DNA from: Candidatus Kerfeldbacteria bacterium
GTDB lineage: Bacteria; Patescibacteriota; Patescibacteriia; UBA9570
Assembly: GCA_016182495.1 (NCBI GenBank)
Contig: JACPGK010000022.1
Coordinates: 11,092 to 75,091 of the forward strand
Direction: 5' to 3'
Length of the DNA: 64,000 bases
Made by a program: the position numbers and the translations under genes. Shown piece after piece: positions 1 through 11,028 of the stretch (positions are counted from its first letter, which is position 1; each line of letters opens with the position of its first letter). The notes under the pieces are model-generated. The model did no database searches. It was not told where the DNA came from and saw only the letters and a list, made by a program, of their open reading frames with translations.

Positions 1-347
1 ACGTTACATATCCGGCCGCTGGCAATGGTTTACCAGTCCGTAACGATGAAGTGTTTCGAGAGTTGAGTGCTATTGTGCCAATGAGTCATTTAATTGAAGT
101 GTCGCCCAATCGGCAATATTATTTAGAGGCCCAGCAGTATCAATTAACCTGGCATAACACTACCACTATTACAGTGCCTAGTAGCACTAGGCATGTTATT
201 ATTATGCTTCAAACTATTCCGCCACAGCAATTACCCCAAGGTATCCTATTAGAACGCCGCTCGGCCAACTATGGTCAAACCTACTATGTCGGAGTAATGA
301 CTGGACCATTCTCTTTATTCAATTACACGGTGACGTATGAACCTTGA
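1..347 (+). CDS. 3' end of an upstream gene (open at window edge); hypothetical protein fragment
   Basis: The frame is open from base 3 to the stop at 345-347 (the track lists only its M-start part, 51..347). Its 3' end overlaps the lepA start by 11 nt. No recognisable domain. Confidence 0.3.
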   Translation, partial: VTYPAAGNGLPVRNDEVFRELSAIVPMSHLIEVSPNRQYYLEAQQYQLTWHNTTTITVPSSTRHVIIMLQTIPPQQLPQGILLERRSANYGQTYYVGVMTGPFSLFNYTVTYEP

Positions 348-2118
348 TCGGATTCGAAATTTTTGCATCATTGCCCATATTGACCATGGTAAAAGCACCT
401 TGGCTGATCGTTTGTTAGAAATTACCGGTACCGTATCAACTCGTGAACTAAAAGCCCAAATGTTAGATACCATGGATTTAGAACGGGAACGTGGCATTAC
501 CATTAAACTGCAGCCGGTTCGGATGAACTACCAAGGCTATATCTTGAACTTAATTGATACACCCGGACATGTTGATTTTACCTACGAAGTGTCACGCTCA
601 TTAGCCTGTTGTGAAGGAGCCTTATTAATAGTTGACGCCACTCAAGGTATTCAAGCGCAAACCTTGGCGAATTTATATTTAGCCGTTGAACAAAATTTAG
701 AGATTATACCGGTGATTAACAAAATCGATTTGCCAGCTGCGAATGTGTCGGCTGTGCGTGAAGAAATAAAAAAAATTCTCGGTAGTAAAGATGAAGAAAT
801 TATCGCGGTATCAGCTAAAACCGGTGAGAATATAACGGCGGTATTGCAGGCGGTGATTAATCGGGTGCCACCTCCAACGGTGTCAGCCGATACTACCCAA
901 GCGTTAATTTTTGATTCCACCTTTGATGATTATCGTGGGGTAGTGGCCTATGTGCGCCTAATGCAAGGTACCATCAAGCGCTTTGATCAACTCACCTTTA
1001 TGGCTACTCATAAACAATCCGAGGCTTTAGAAGTAGGGTTTTTTTCACCGAAATATCTTGCTCAACCGCAACTGCTCCCCGGCGAAATTGGTTATGTCAT
1101 TACCGGTTTTAAAGAAGTGGCCGATTGTAAAGTAGGCGATACCATTACCTTAACAAAAACTCCAGCCACCAAGCCTTTGCCAGGATACACTGAAGTAAAG
1201 CCGATGGTGTATGCCAGTTTATTTTGTAAAGAAGGGGATGATTACCCCCAGCTGCGCGAAGCTTTGGGTAAATTAAAATTAAGTGATGCTGCTTTAGCCT
1301 TTGAACCGGAAAATTCCAAAGCCCTAGGTTATGGTTTTCGCTGTGGTTTTTTAGGATTACTGCATTTAGAAATTGTCCAAGAACGCTTAAAGCGTGAACA
1401 CGAACTTGATGTCATCGTTACTGCTCCTTCGGTAGCTTATCGAGTCACCCAGCGCGCTGGCCAAGTGATCATGGTATCATCACCGTTAGATTGGCCCGAT
1501 CCTACCGTCATCGAATTAGTAGAAGAACCGGTCATGCAGGTTGATGTACTTACTCCGAGTCAATATATTGGTGGTACTATCAGTTTACTGCAAGATAAAC
1601 ATGGTCAACCGACCGCTTCTGAAATTGAATATCTCGATGCCAATCGGGTGATTATTCATTACCTGGTACCATTAGCTGGTATTATTGTTGACTTTTATGA
1701 TAAATTAAAAAATGTATCCTCGGGATATGCTTCAATGAATTATGAGTTTAAAGGCTATATTCCTTGCCAGGTTCGACGCATGGATATTCTGGTGGCTGGC
1801 GACCAGGTTGAAGCTTTAGCCACCATTGTGTATCAAGCCGAAGCCATTAGTGCTGGCCGTAAGATTGTGGAAGAGTTAAAAAAAATCTTACCCCGTCAAT
1901 TATTTGAAGTGCGGCTACAAGCGGCTTTAAACGGCAAAGTGGTTGCTTCAGAACATATTCCGGCGATGCGTAAAGATGTCACCGCCAAGTTGTATGGTGG
2001 CGATGTCACTCGCAAACGTAAATTATTAGAAAAACAAAAAAAAGGTAAAGCCCGCATGAAATCAATTGGTAAAGTGGATATTCCCAAAGATGCTTTTTTA
2101 GCAGTGTTAAAACGATAA
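337..2118 (+). CDS. lepA: Elongation factor 4 (LepA), translational GTPase
   Basis: N-terminus IRNFCIIAHIDHGKSTLADRLL carries the G1 motif, with DTPGHVDF and NKID following. At 593 aa the length and the C-terminal LepA-specific domain match EF4. Confidence 0.95.
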   Translation: MNLDRIRNFCIIAHIDHGKSTLADRLLEITGTVSTRELKAQMLDTMDLERERGITIKLQPVRMNYQGYILNLIDTPGHVDFTYEVSRSLACCEGALLIVDATQGIQAQTLANLYLAVEQNLEIIPVINKIDLPAANVSAVREEIKKILGSKDEEIIAVSAKTGENITAVLQAVINRVPPPTVSADTTQALIFDSTFDDYRGVVAYVRLMQGTIKRFDQLTFMATHKQSEALEVGFFSPKYLAQPQLLPGEIGYVITGFKEVADCKVGDTITLTKTPATKPLPGYTEVKPMVYASLFCKEGDDYPQLREALGKLKLSDAALAFEPENSKALGYGFRCGFLGLLHLEIVQERLKREHELDVIVTAPSVAYRVTQRAGQVIMVSSPLDWPDPTVIELVEEPVMQVDVLTPSQYIGGTISLLQDKHGQPTASEIEYLDANRVIIHYLVPLAGIIVDFYDKLKNVSSGYASMNYEFKGYIPCQVRRMDILVAGDQVEALATIVYQAEAISAGRKIVEELKKILPRQLFEVRLQAALNGKVVASEHIPAMRKDVTAKLYGGDVTRKRKLLEKQKKGKARMKSIGKVDIPKDAFLAVLKR

Positions 2119-2123
2119 ACCAA

Positions 2124-3248
2124 ATGAAACGTAACTGGCATGAACCAAATTATACTCTGATCGGTACTATTATTTTGTTGATAATCTTTGGTTTAATCAT
2201 GCTGTCATCGGCTAGCTCTGTAGAGGGCTTTGAAAAATTTTCTGATCCGAACTATTTCGTCAAACATCAGTTACTGTATGGTGTGTGTTTGGGATTGCCG
2301 ATGATGTGGTTATTAACGCGATTAGATTATCACATTTGGAAACAGCTAGCTTTCCCCATGATGGCGGTTAGCGTGGTATTGTTGCTATTAGTATTGGTGC
2401 CTGGTATCGGTGTAGAATTACTTGGTGCCAAACGTTGGATCGGATTCGGTGGGATTATTTTTCAACCATCTGAAATTGTTAAGCTCACTTTTTTAATTTA
2501 TTTGGCAGTATGGCTAGAAGCCAAAGAGAAAGCTATTCATGATTGGTCTACCGGGTTAGCCCCTTTCAGTATCATGATAGGATTTTTAGTGTTCATGATT
2601 GCGTTAGTACAAAAGGATCTCGGCACCATGATTGTGATTGGGATAATTGCCATGGCCGCTTATTTTGTGGCCGGTGCTCCCTGGAAACATTTATTGGTCT
2701 TAGGTGGCAGTGGCCTGGCCGTTATACTTTTTTTTGTAAAAGTGTTACCACTGATTATTCCCTCATTCAGTTATCGCGCTCATCGCTTGACGGTATTTTT
2801 GAATCCCGATTTAGACCCTCTTGGCATTGGCTATCATATCAACCAAGCTTTATTGGCGATTGGTTCGGGTGGTTTATTAGGGGTTGGTTTAGGTCGATCA
2901 CGTCAAAAATTTAACTATTTGCCTGAAGCCAGTAACGATTCAATTTTTGCCGTGGTAGCCGAAGAAATGGGTTTTATCATCTCCGTCGGTTTAGTGATAT
3001 TGTATATGGTATTCATGGTGCAAGGCTATCGCGTCGCCAAAACTGCTCCGGATACCTATGGCAAAATTTTAGCAGCTGGCATTACCACTTGGATAATTTT
3101 TCAGGCCATTGTTAACATTATGGCGATGTTGGCTTTGGTGCCACTCACTGGTATTCCACTGCCACTGGTGAGTTATGGTAGCACTTCGTTGGTAATGTTA
3201 TTAGCTGCTTTGGGGATTTTGATTAATATTTCAAGACAAACGAAATAG
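2124..3248 (+). CDS. ftsW: SEDS-family peptidoglycan glycosyltransferase FtsW (FtsW/RodA family)
   Basis: It is a polytopic membrane protein of 374 aa with FtsW/RodA conserved blocks (GAKRWIGFGG, FQPSE, LPEASNDSIFAVVAEE..G). It sits immediately upstream of murG, as in dcw clusters. Confidence 0.85.
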   Translation: MKRNWHEPNYTLIGTIILLIIFGLIMLSSASSVEGFEKFSDPNYFVKHQLLYGVCLGLPMMWLLTRLDYHIWKQLAFPMMAVSVVLLLLVLVPGIGVELLGAKRWIGFGGIIFQPSEIVKLTFLIYLAVWLEAKEKAIHDWSTGLAPFSIMIGFLVFMIALVQKDLGTMIVIGIIAMAAYFVAGAPWKHLLVLGGSGLAVILFFVKVLPLIIPSFSYRAHRLTVFLNPDLDPLGIGYHINQALLAIGSGGLLGVGLGRSRQKFNYLPEASNDSIFAVVAEEMGFIISVGLVILYMVFMVQGYRVAKTAPDTYGKILAAGITTWIIFQAIVNIMAMLALVPLTGIPLPLVSYGSTSLVMLLAALGILINISRQTK

Positions 3249-3252
3249 AATC

Positions 3253-4335
3253 ATGAATCATGAATTAAGAATTAAGGAGCATGAATCAAGGAATTACGAT
3301 AATTCATTATTCTTAATTCATGATTCTAAAATCGTACTCACTGGTGGCGGCACAGCTGGATCAGTCACGCCTTTGCTGGCTGTAGCGGAACACTTGCCAA
3401 AGCAACAATTATTTTTTTTTGGCAGCCGCCGGGGCATTGAACGTCAACTGATTCCACCAATCATTCGGTACCAACCAATCTTGGCTGGTAAGTTTCGGCG
3501 GTATTGGTCGTGGCGGCATCTGTCTGATCCAATCATTATTCTGGCAGCTTTTTGGCAGTCTTTGTATCTGTTATTGAAACTGCGTCCACAGGTAGTAGTG
3601 TCGGCTGGTAGTTTTGTATCCGTACCAGTAGTATGGGCCGCTTGGTGTTGTGGGATTCCTACCATAGTACATCAACCCGATGTAACGGTTGGTCTAGCTG
3701 TGCGTTTAATGGCTCCGTTTGCTAGTCGCCTCACTAAAGCCTTGGTCGACACTCATTTACGCGGGGCTGATTGGATTGGTAATCCGGTACGTAACTTAAC
3801 CCCAACTACACAACAATTAATCATTGATGCTAGTTATCCCACGGTATTCATTTTTGGCGGCAGTACCGGCGCTCAAGGATTAAATACTTTAGTCACCACA
3901 GCAATTTGTGCTGAAGCAAATGTGATTCATGTTACCGGAAAAAATAAGTTGCCCAAAACTATCTCACCGCATCCACGGTATCAGCAATTTGAACTTTTGG
4001 CTGAACCGATGAAAGAAGCTTTACATCAGGCCGATGTGATAGTATGTCGGGCGGGGATAGGTACCCTGGCCGAGTTAGGAGCTTTAGCCAAAGCAGCTAT
4101 CATCATACCATTACCTCATAGTCATCAAGAAAAGAATGCTGCTCTGTTGATCAAACACCAAGCGGCCATAGTGCTAGATCAAACCAAGTTAACCCCTGAA
4201 CAGTTGACGCGTTTGATTCAGGATGTGTTGCATGATGCCTCCCGTCGTAGTCAATTAGGCCAAGCCATTCAGCAATTATTTCCTCCGGCGGCGGCCAACA
4301 CCTTAGCTGACTACATCGTTCAGCTAACCCAATGA
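3253..4335 (+). CDS. murG: UDP-N-acetylglucosamine--N-acetylmuramyl-(pentapeptide) pyrophosphoryl-undecaprenol N-acetylglucosamine transferase MurG
   Basis: The N-terminal glycosyltransferase motif VLTGGGTAGSVTPLLAVAE, the second Rossmann motif IFGGSTGAQGLN and the length fit GT28 MurG. The start is uncertain because no in-frame ATG lies closer to the GGGT motif. Confidence 0.85.
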   Translation: MNHELRIKEHESRNYDNSLFLIHDSKIVLTGGGTAGSVTPLLAVAEHLPKQQLFFFGSRRGIERQLIPPIIRYQPILAGKFRRYWSWRHLSDPIIILAAFWQSLYLLLKLRPQVVVSAGSFVSVPVVWAAWCCGIPTIVHQPDVTVGLAVRLMAPFASRLTKALVDTHLRGADWIGNPVRNLTPTTQQLIIDASYPTVFIFGGSTGAQGLNTLVTTAICAEANVIHVTGKNKLPKTISPHPRYQQFELLAEPMKEALHQADVIVCRAGIGTLAELGALAKAAIIIPLPHSHQEKNAALLIKHQAAIVLDQTKLTPEQLTRLIQDVLHDASRRSQLGQAIQQLFPPAAANTLADYIVQLTQ

Positions 4336-5549
4336 AGTTTATCAACTTCAGCCAAGTTGAACGGTATCTACAGCGACAAGATCAGCACCGAGATGATTAT
4401 TACCAATTGCAACGGATGCAAACCGCCGTTAACCGATTACAGCATCCCGAACTGCGGTATCAAGTGATTCAGGTTGGCGGCACATCGGGTAAGGGTTCTA
4501 CCTGTGCTATGATCGCTGCTATTGTGCAACAAGCCAGCTGGCGCGTTGGGCTCTATTCATCACCAGCTCTGCCAACAACGTTGCACCGTATCATGGTGAA
4601 TCAGCGGCCAGTGGCTGCTGGCACGGTAGTACGCTTAATGAATACAATACAATCCCGTTTAACAACTTGTCACCTCACCAGCTTTGAATGGTGGACAATC
4701 CTAGCCTTTCAATATTTTGCTGAACAGCAGGTTGATTACGCCATAGTAGAAGTAGGCGTTGGCGGTCGCTACGATGCTACCACTGTAGTACAACCAACGG
4801 TCGCAATTGTAACCGACATTGGTTTAGATCATACCGAAATACTGGGTAAAACCAAAACTGCTATTGCTCAACACAAAGCCGCTATTATCAAACCAGGTGT
4901 AGTGGGTTTTACTGGTTCACGCTTGGTTAAGCGCGGTCGATACGTTAATTTGAATGGTGCGAGCATACATCACGCTAGTCTACGCGGCACGACCTTTTCC
5001 TATAAACAGTGGCATCATATTACTTTAGGTGTACCGGGTGTATTTCAAGTACGCAACGCTATTTTGGCCCTCACCGTGGCTAATCACTTATCCATTCCAG
5101 TAACAGTCGTGCGTCGAGCTTTAGCCCATCTAACATTACCGGCTCGTTTTCAAATACTGCAACGCCAACCATTAATCATTGCCGATGGCGCTCACAATCC
5201 TCAAAAAATGGCTGCCTTTATTGATTCGTTTCAACAGCTGGTGCCGCGTAAACTTGACCAGCGGGTGATTGTATTGTTATCCATCAAGTATACCAAAGAT
5301 CTTTACCATACCTTGCAGCCAATTATGGCAGTGGCCGACGAGGTCATCATCACAGCTTTCTCTGATAGTGCCCCACTGGGCGATATTAAAACAGTGCTGC
5401 AACAGTTTAAACCAACCTTACCAATACAGCTGATGCCAAATAGCCAGCAAGCCTATCAACAGTTGCAACATCGTTTGACAAGACGCGATGTTGGTGTTAT
5501 TACGGGTTCGTTGTATTTGTTAGCCGACCTCTATTCTGTGATATACTAG
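4332..5549 (+). CDS. folC: Mur-ligase family protein, FolC-like folylpolyglutamate synthase/dihydrofolate synthase
   Basis: It has the P-loop VGGTSGKGST, the DGAHNP motif and Mur-ligase central and C-terminal domains. It overlaps the murG stop by 4 nt. Confidence 0.7.
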   Translation: MKFINFSQVERYLQRQDQHRDDYYQLQRMQTAVNRLQHPELRYQVIQVGGTSGKGSTCAMIAAIVQQASWRVGLYSSPALPTTLHRIMVNQRPVAAGTVVRLMNTIQSRLTTCHLTSFEWWTILAFQYFAEQQVDYAIVEVGVGGRYDATTVVQPTVAIVTDIGLDHTEILGKTKTAIAQHKAAIIKPGVVGFTGSRLVKRGRYVNLNGASIHHASLRGTTFSYKQWHHITLGVPGVFQVRNAILALTVANHLSIPVTVVRRALAHLTLPARFQILQRQPLIIADGAHNPQKMAAFIDSFQQLVPRKLDQRVIVLLSIKYTKDLYHTLQPIMAVADEVIITAFSDSAPLGDIKTVLQQFKPTLPIQLMPNSQQAYQQLQHRLTRRDVGVITGSLYLLADLYSVIY

Positions 5550-5558
5550 CGCTAGGGT

Positions 5559-6926
5559 ATGGATATGAAACTCGTGCAATCAATTTATTGCATTGGCATT
5601 GCCGGAGCTGGTATGTCAGGTTTGGCGCGACTACTAAAATTACGTGGTAAACAAGTCAGTGGATCAGATTTAGTTGATAGCCCAATAACCCAAGCATTGC
5701 AGGCTGAAGGGATTATGGTGCATGTATTACAACAGGCCAATCACGTACCGCTGGATTGTGATTTGTATGTCTATTCCGATGCTGTACCAGAAACAAATCC
5801 AGAACGAGCTGTTTTAATTCAGCGTGGGTTAGGTGATAAAACAGTCAGCTATTTTACGGCGGTTGGCGCTTTGATGAAACAGTATACACACCGCATCGCT
5901 ATTTCTGGCACGCATGGCAAAACCACTACTACGGCTATGCTCACTATGGTGTTACAAGAAGCTGGCCTAGATCCCACCGCTATCATGGGCAGTATGCTCA
6001 AGGAACTACATAGTAATGTGCGCGTGGGCGCTAACCAAGATGTTTTTATTATCGAAGCCTGTGAATACAAAGCGCACATGCTGCAGCTGCATCCCACCAC
6101 GATCATTGTGAGCAATATTGAAGAAGACCATTTAGATTATTATCGGGATATTGATCATATCCAAATGACCTTCCAGCAATTTGTGAATATGTTGCCGGCT
6201 GATGGGTTATTTATCCGCAACGCCGACGATTCTGAAAGTCGGGAACTCGGTTTTGATGGTACCACTGTTTCGTATGGCTTAGTTGAACCAGCCGATGTGA
6301 TGGCTATCGATATTAAAAAAGATGGTCAAAAGCAATCATTCAAAGTAGGGGACACGCGGTATACGTTATCCGTGCCAGGCGATTTTAATATTTATAATGC
6401 TCTAGCGGTAATTGCCTATGCTCGGCATTTAGGTATTGCTGGTAAAATTATTCAAGCCGCTTTGAGAAAGTTTACTGGTACTTGGCGTCGCTTTGAAGTG
6501 GTCGGAGAATATCGCCAAGCTACCATTATTTCTGACTACGCCCATCATCCTACGGCTGTCACCGCCACTATTAAGGCGGCTAAAGAATGTTATCCGCAAC
6601 GCCGCATCGTAGTGGTATTTCAACCCCATCAGCATAATCGCACTCGGCGTTTATTCAAAAAATTTGTCACCGCCTTCGACGCGGCTGATTTAGTCATTAT
6701 TCAAGAAATTTATGATGTGGCTGGCCGCGAAGCCAAAGAGGATCAAACTGTGTCATCACATGATATCGTGAATACGATTGAACAAACCGGTAAATTAGTA
6801 TTGTATTCGCCGGATGGCACAAAAACAAAAAAACTTTTGGCCGAACATATTGAACCAAACGATGTTGTATTGATTATTGGAGCGGGAGATATTTATCGAG
6901 TAGCTGAAGAATTAAGCAATGTTTGA
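5559..6926 (+). CDS. murC: UDP-N-acetylmuramate--L-alanine ligase MurC
   Basis: MurC-specific N-terminus IYCIGIAGAGMSGLARLL..G..VSGSD, Mur ligase P-loop GTHGKTTTT, length 455 aa. Confidence 0.9.
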   Translation: MDMKLVQSIYCIGIAGAGMSGLARLLKLRGKQVSGSDLVDSPITQALQAEGIMVHVLQQANHVPLDCDLYVYSDAVPETNPERAVLIQRGLGDKTVSYFTAVGALMKQYTHRIAISGTHGKTTTTAMLTMVLQEAGLDPTAIMGSMLKELHSNVRVGANQDVFIIEACEYKAHMLQLHPTTIIVSNIEEDHLDYYRDIDHIQMTFQQFVNMLPADGLFIRNADDSESRELGFDGTTVSYGLVEPADVMAIDIKKDGQKQSFKVGDTRYTLSVPGDFNIYNALAVIAYARHLGIAGKIIQAALRKFTGTWRRFEVVGEYRQATIISDYAHHPTAVTATIKAAKECYPQRRIVVVFQPHQHNRTRRLFKKFVTAFDAADLVIIQEIYDVAGREAKEDQTVSSHDIVNTIEQTGKLVLYSPDGTKTKKLLAEHIEPNDVVLIIGAGDIYRVAEELSNV

Positions 6927-7788
6927 AGGTTTGCCGATCGAGCAGCAGGTGCCATTAGCTCCGTTCACCACATTCAAAATTGGTGGACCAGCTAAATATT
7001 TTTTACGAGCCAAAACGCTAGCCGAATTATTACAAGCCTTGACCATGGCTCAATCCAGCAACATGGCGGTGTATATTTTAGGAGGGGGTAGTAATGTGCT
7101 CGTTCATGACCGCGGGTTTGATGGGTTGGTCATCAAGATGGAATTGCATGATATCAGTATTACCACTACCAGGCTTACGGCTGGAGCCGGTGTATTATTA
7201 AACACTGCCATTCGTTTAGCTGTGAACGCTGGCTTGGCTGGTTTGGAATTTGCCACTGGCGTACCGGCTTCGGTTGGGGGAGCGGTGTGGGCTAATCTCG
7301 GTTGTCGTGGCTCTGATATTAGTCAGATAGTCGAATCGGTTGTAGCGTGCGATCGTCAGGGTAATCAAAAAATATTTACTCGGGCCGATTGCCAGTTTCA
7401 GTATCGCGACAGTATGTTTAAACATCAGCCGTGGATTATTCTCCAAGCCAGTTTTCAGCTTCACTTTGGCGACAACACTGCTCTGCGCCAACGGATGGTA
7501 GCATTAACGAAGCTCAAGAAGAATGAACAAAATGTCGGTGAAGATACCGCCGGTTGTGCCTTTCGTAATCCAATAAACAGTACTGCCTCGCAATTAATCG
7601 ATCAATTAGGTTTAAAGGGTTTTCAAATTGGTGGCGCTAAAGTATCCGAACGACACGCTAATTTCATTATCAATACTGGTCAGGCTACCGCTGATCAGGT
7701 TGTGCAATTGATTTCTTATATTAAACAACAAGTCCGCGATCAGCTGGGGGTGCAACTGCAGGAAGAGATTGAATACGTTGGATTTTAG
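6919..7788 (+). CDS. murB: UDP-N-acetylenolpyruvoylglucosamine reductase MurB
   Basis: It has an FAD-binding PCMH-type N-terminus (PLAPFTTFKIGGPAKYF, GGGSNVL) and a MurB C-terminal domain. It overlaps murC by 8 nt. Confidence 0.9.
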   Translation: MFEGLPIEQQVPLAPFTTFKIGGPAKYFLRAKTLAELLQALTMAQSSNMAVYILGGGSNVLVHDRGFDGLVIKMELHDISITTTRLTAGAGVLLNTAIRLAVNAGLAGLEFATGVPASVGGAVWANLGCRGSDISQIVESVVACDRQGNQKIFTRADCQFQYRDSMFKHQPWIILQASFQLHFGDNTALRQRMVALTKLKKNEQNVGEDTAGCAFRNPINSTASQLIDQLGLKGFQIGGAKVSERHANFIINTGQATADQVVQLISYIKQQVRDQLGVQLQEEIEYVGF

Positions 7789-7829
7789 TGCTATACTAGA
7801 TCCGCTTAATTATTAGGTGTTTCTTAACC

Positions 7830-8186
7830 ATGAACTTCAACCTTGCCGGGAAAAATTTAGATTTAACCCCTGCCTTGAAAGCCTATAGCGAAGAAAAAAT
7901 TGGCGGTTTAAGTAAATTCGATGATCAAATTATTGAATTACGGGTTACCATTGAATCATTACGCGAACAACATGCCGAATCATTTCGAGTGACTGCTCAA
8001 TTGCATGTATCGCATGATGTGTTATATACCGAAGAAGTAGCCGCCACCGCCTATGCCGCTATTGATATTGTAAAAGATGAACTCGAACGCCAGCTGCGTG
8101 ATCGTAAAGAACGTTATCAAGCCAAGCAACGTAAAGCCGCTTCCACCCAGCGTGCTCTCAAATCAACCCTGGCTACTGAAGAGTAA
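7830..8186 (+). CDS. hpf: Ribosome hibernation promoting factor / RaiA (short HPF)
   Basis: [28 protein letters not shown]...RVTIE matches the YfiA/HPF fold signature. The hpf-secA adjacency is common. Confidence 0.8.
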   Translation: MNFNLAGKNLDLTPALKAYSEEKIGGLSKFDDQIIELRVTIESLREQHAESFRVTAQLHVSHDVLYTEEVAATAYAAIDIVKDELERQLRDRKERYQAKQRKAASTQRALKSTLATEE

Positions 8187-8191
8187 TTGTC

Positions 8192-10885
8192 ATGGCACTG
8201 CTCACAAAATTATTTGGCGATCCTAGCGCCAAAGCAATTAAACAGTTGCAGCCAGTAGTGCAACGCATTACGGCCCTAGAAGCACAGTTTCAGTCATTGA
8301 GCGATGATGAACTGAAAGCTAAAACTGTCGAATTCAAACAACGGCTAAGCCAACATGAAACCCTTGAGCAACTTCTGCCAGAAGCTTTTGCCACAGTTCG
8401 AGAAGCTTCGCGCCGAGTGTTAGGGCAACGTCATTACGATGTGCAATTGCTTGGCGGCATGGTGTTACATCATGGTAAAATTGCCGAAATGAAAACTGGT
8501 GAAGGCAAAACGCTTACTGCTACTCTGCCAGTGTATTTGAATGCCTTAACTGGTCGAGGCGTACATGTGGTGACAGTGAATGATTATTTAGCTCGCCGTG
8601 ACGTTGATTGGATGGGGCGGTTATATCATTGGTTAAATTTGAGTGTTGGGTGCATTCAAAACCAAGGGGTGAGTTATCTATTTGATCCCGATTATCAAAA
8701 GCGGGCTGATACCACTGACCAAAGTACCGTCACCGATACCGAATTGGCCTTTAAAGTAGACATGGATAATTTACGAGCCGTTGATCGTACAACAGCCTAT
8801 CAAGCCGATATCACCTATGGCACCAATAACGAATTTGGTTTTGATTATTTGCGTGATAATATGGTGCAAACCATTGATCAGCGCGTGCAACGAGGCTGGT
8901 TATCTTATGCCATTGTCGATGAAGTCGATAGTATCTTAATCGATGAAGCCCGCACCCCATTAATTATTTCCGGGCAAGCCGAGGCAGCTACCAAGCAGTA
9001 TTATCGGTTTAGTCAGTTGGTGGAGCAATTGGTGGAAAATGACGATTATAACATTGATGAAAAAATGCGCGTGGCTACCTTAACCGATGGTGGCATTGCC
9101 AAAATGGAACAGTGGTTGGATGTGGTCAACATTTACGAAGCTGGCGGCGTAACTTTAGTACATCATATTGAGCAAGCCTTAAAAGCCCAAACCTTGTTCA
9201 AGCGCGATCGTGATTATGTCGTCAAAGATGGCGAGGTGATTATTGTCGATGAATTCACCGGTCGTTTAATGCCCGGACGTCGTTACAGTGAAGGATTACA
9301 TCAGGCCATTGAAGCGAAAGAACGCTTAGAAATTAAGCGCGAATCACGCACTCTGGCTACCATTACCTTTCAAAACTTGTTCCGGTTGTATGAAAAATTA
9401 GCCGGTATGACCGGTACAGCCGAGACAGAAAAAGAAGAATTTTACAAAATTTATAAATTAGATGTCGTTGTCATTCCAACCAATCAACCAATGGTGCGAC
9501 GCGATGGTTCAGATGCTATTTATCGTACCGAACGAGGCAAGTTTAAAGCCGTCGTCAACAAGGTTAGTGAGTTGCATCAGCAAGGGGTGCCAGTATTGGT
9601 TGGAACAATTTCAATTGAAAAAAATGAAATTCTGTCACAGTTATTAAACCAAGCTGGCGTGCCACACCAAGTGTTGAATGCTAAACAGCACGAACGCGAA
9701 GCCGAGATTATCGCGCAAGCTGGTCAGTCTGGAGCGGTCACCATTGCCACCAATATGGCTGGGCGAGGGGTAGATATCATCTTAGGCGGCAATCCGCCCG
9801 ATACTGTCCAGGCCGAGATCGTTCGCAGTGTTGGTGGTTTATTTGTGCTTGGTACCGAGCGTCACGAAGCCAGGCGAATTGATAATCAGTTACGTGGTCG
9901 ATCTGGTCGGCAGGGTGATCCCGGCAAGACGCAATTTTTTGTATCAATGGAAGATGACTTAATGCGTATTTTTGCCACCGATCGGATTAAAAAAATTATG
10001 GGTACACTGAATTGGCCCGAAGATATGCCCATTGAGAATGCCATTGTCAGCCGATCAATTGAAACTGCTCAAAAGAAGGTTGAGGGACATAATTTTGATA
10101 TTCGTGAACATCTCGTTAAATACGATGATGTCATGAATAAACATCGAGAGGTGATTTATCGAAAACGCAATGAAATTTTAAAATCCCCACCTGAAGATAT
10201 TAGTACACTGATCATGGAATTGGTTGAAAACGAAATTGAACAAATTGTATCATTTCATACCAATTTAGAAAATGAACATCAATGGAACATTCAAGAAATT
10301 TACGAATCAATCCGATCAATCTTTCCGGTGGATGAGCAGGTATTGGCTGATATAAAAGCTAAACAGCAGCAAGCCGGTAACAAACTGCAAGATGCCCAAG
10401 CACGTACTAGCCTGGTAGAATATTTGGTACGATTAGCTACTAACCGCTATCAAGCGATGGTGGCCGAAGTTGATAACGCCGAAGTGGTCTATAAAATTGA
10501 ACAAGGCTTTTATCTGCGCGCCATTGATACGTTATGGATCGAACATCTCGATCAAATGAGTTATTTACGTGAAGGCATTAGCTTGCGTGGTTATGGCCAG
10601 CGCGATCCATTAGTAGAGTATAAAAAAGAAGCCTACAGCATGTTTAGCGAATTAATCGCCAACATCCAAAAGCAAGTAGTGTACAGTATTTTCAAAATGG
10701 CCGATGCGTATTCGTTAGCACCATCGGAAATGAAGCAAGTGAAACAAGAGCTACACGGTGCTAAAAAAACGATGGGAAATGATCAAGCCGACTCGCCGAA
10801 CGACTTAGCAAAAGTAGGACGCAACGATCCTTGCCCCTGTGGCTCGGGGAAGAAGTATAAAAAGTGCCATCTCATTGGGAACTAA
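8192..10885 (+). CDS. secA: Preprotein translocase ATPase SecA
   Basis: It has the DEAD motor motifs ([38 protein letters not shown]) and the C-terminal zinc-binding tail [13 protein letters not shown]. Length 897 aa. Confidence 0.97.
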   Translation: MALLTKLFGDPSAKAIKQLQPVVQRITALEAQFQSLSDDELKAKTVEFKQRLSQHETLEQLLPEAFATVREASRRVLGQRHYDVQLLGGMVLHHGKIAEMKTGEGKTLTATLPVYLNALTGRGVHVVTVNDYLARRDVDWMGRLYHWLNLSVGCIQNQGVSYLFDPDYQKRADTTDQSTVTDTELAFKVDMDNLRAVDRTTAYQADITYGTNNEFGFDYLRDNMVQTIDQRVQRGWLSYAIVDEVDSILIDEARTPLIISGQAEAATKQYYRFSQLVEQLVENDDYNIDEKMRVATLTDGGIAKMEQWLDVVNIYEAGGVTLVHHIEQALKAQTLFKRDRDYVVKDGEVIIVDEFTGRLMPGRRYSEGLHQAIEAKERLEIKRESRTLATITFQNLFRLYEKLAGMTGTAETEKEEFYKIYKLDVVVIPTNQPMVRRDGSDAIYRTERGKFKAVVNKVSELHQQGVPVLVGTISIEKNEILSQLLNQAGVPHQVLNAKQHEREAEIIAQAGQSGAVTIATNMAGRGVDIILGGNPPDTVQAEIVRSVGGLFVLGTERHEARRIDNQLRGRSGRQGDPGKTQFFVSMEDDLMRIFATDRIKKIMGTLNWPEDMPIENAIVSRSIETAQKKVEGHNFDIREHLVKYDDVMNKHREVIYRKRNEILKSPPEDISTLIMELVENEIEQIVSFHTNLENEHQWNIQEIYESIRSIFPVDEQVLADIKAKQQQAGNKLQDAQARTSLVEYLVRLATNRYQAMVAEVDNAEVVYKIEQGFYLRAIDTLWIEHLDQMSYLREGISLRGYGQRDPLVEYKKEAYSMFSELIANIQKQVVYSIFKMADAYSLAPSEMKQVKQELHGAKKTMGNDQADSPNDLAKVGRNDPCPCGSGKKYKKCHLIGN

Positions 10886-10989
10886 TTCTGCCCAAAAGCC
10901 ATAGTAAATTTGATGATTGCTGAGTTAGCAACTACCTAAAATAGGGGATGGGTTTGCAAAATAGGTAAGAAGGCTAACTTGACATCTAG

Positions 10990-11018
10990 TTGACACTTGT
11001 CAAGTAAAACATTATTAT
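10990..11018 (+). promoter_or_regulatory. Near-consensus sigma70 promoter for fic-1
   Basis: TTGACA (10990-95), a 17-nt spacer, TATTAT (11013-18). The -10 ends about 10 nt before the ATG at 11029 with no SD, so the transcript would be leaderless or nearly so. Confidence 0.45.
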
Positions 11019-11028
11019 ATTGACATCT

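Noticed and set aside
2543-2914. 123-aa ORF inside ftsW in another frame
   Set aside because: It lies entirely within the well-supported SEDS gene, and its translation is Trp/Cys/His-rich without motifs. Spurious.
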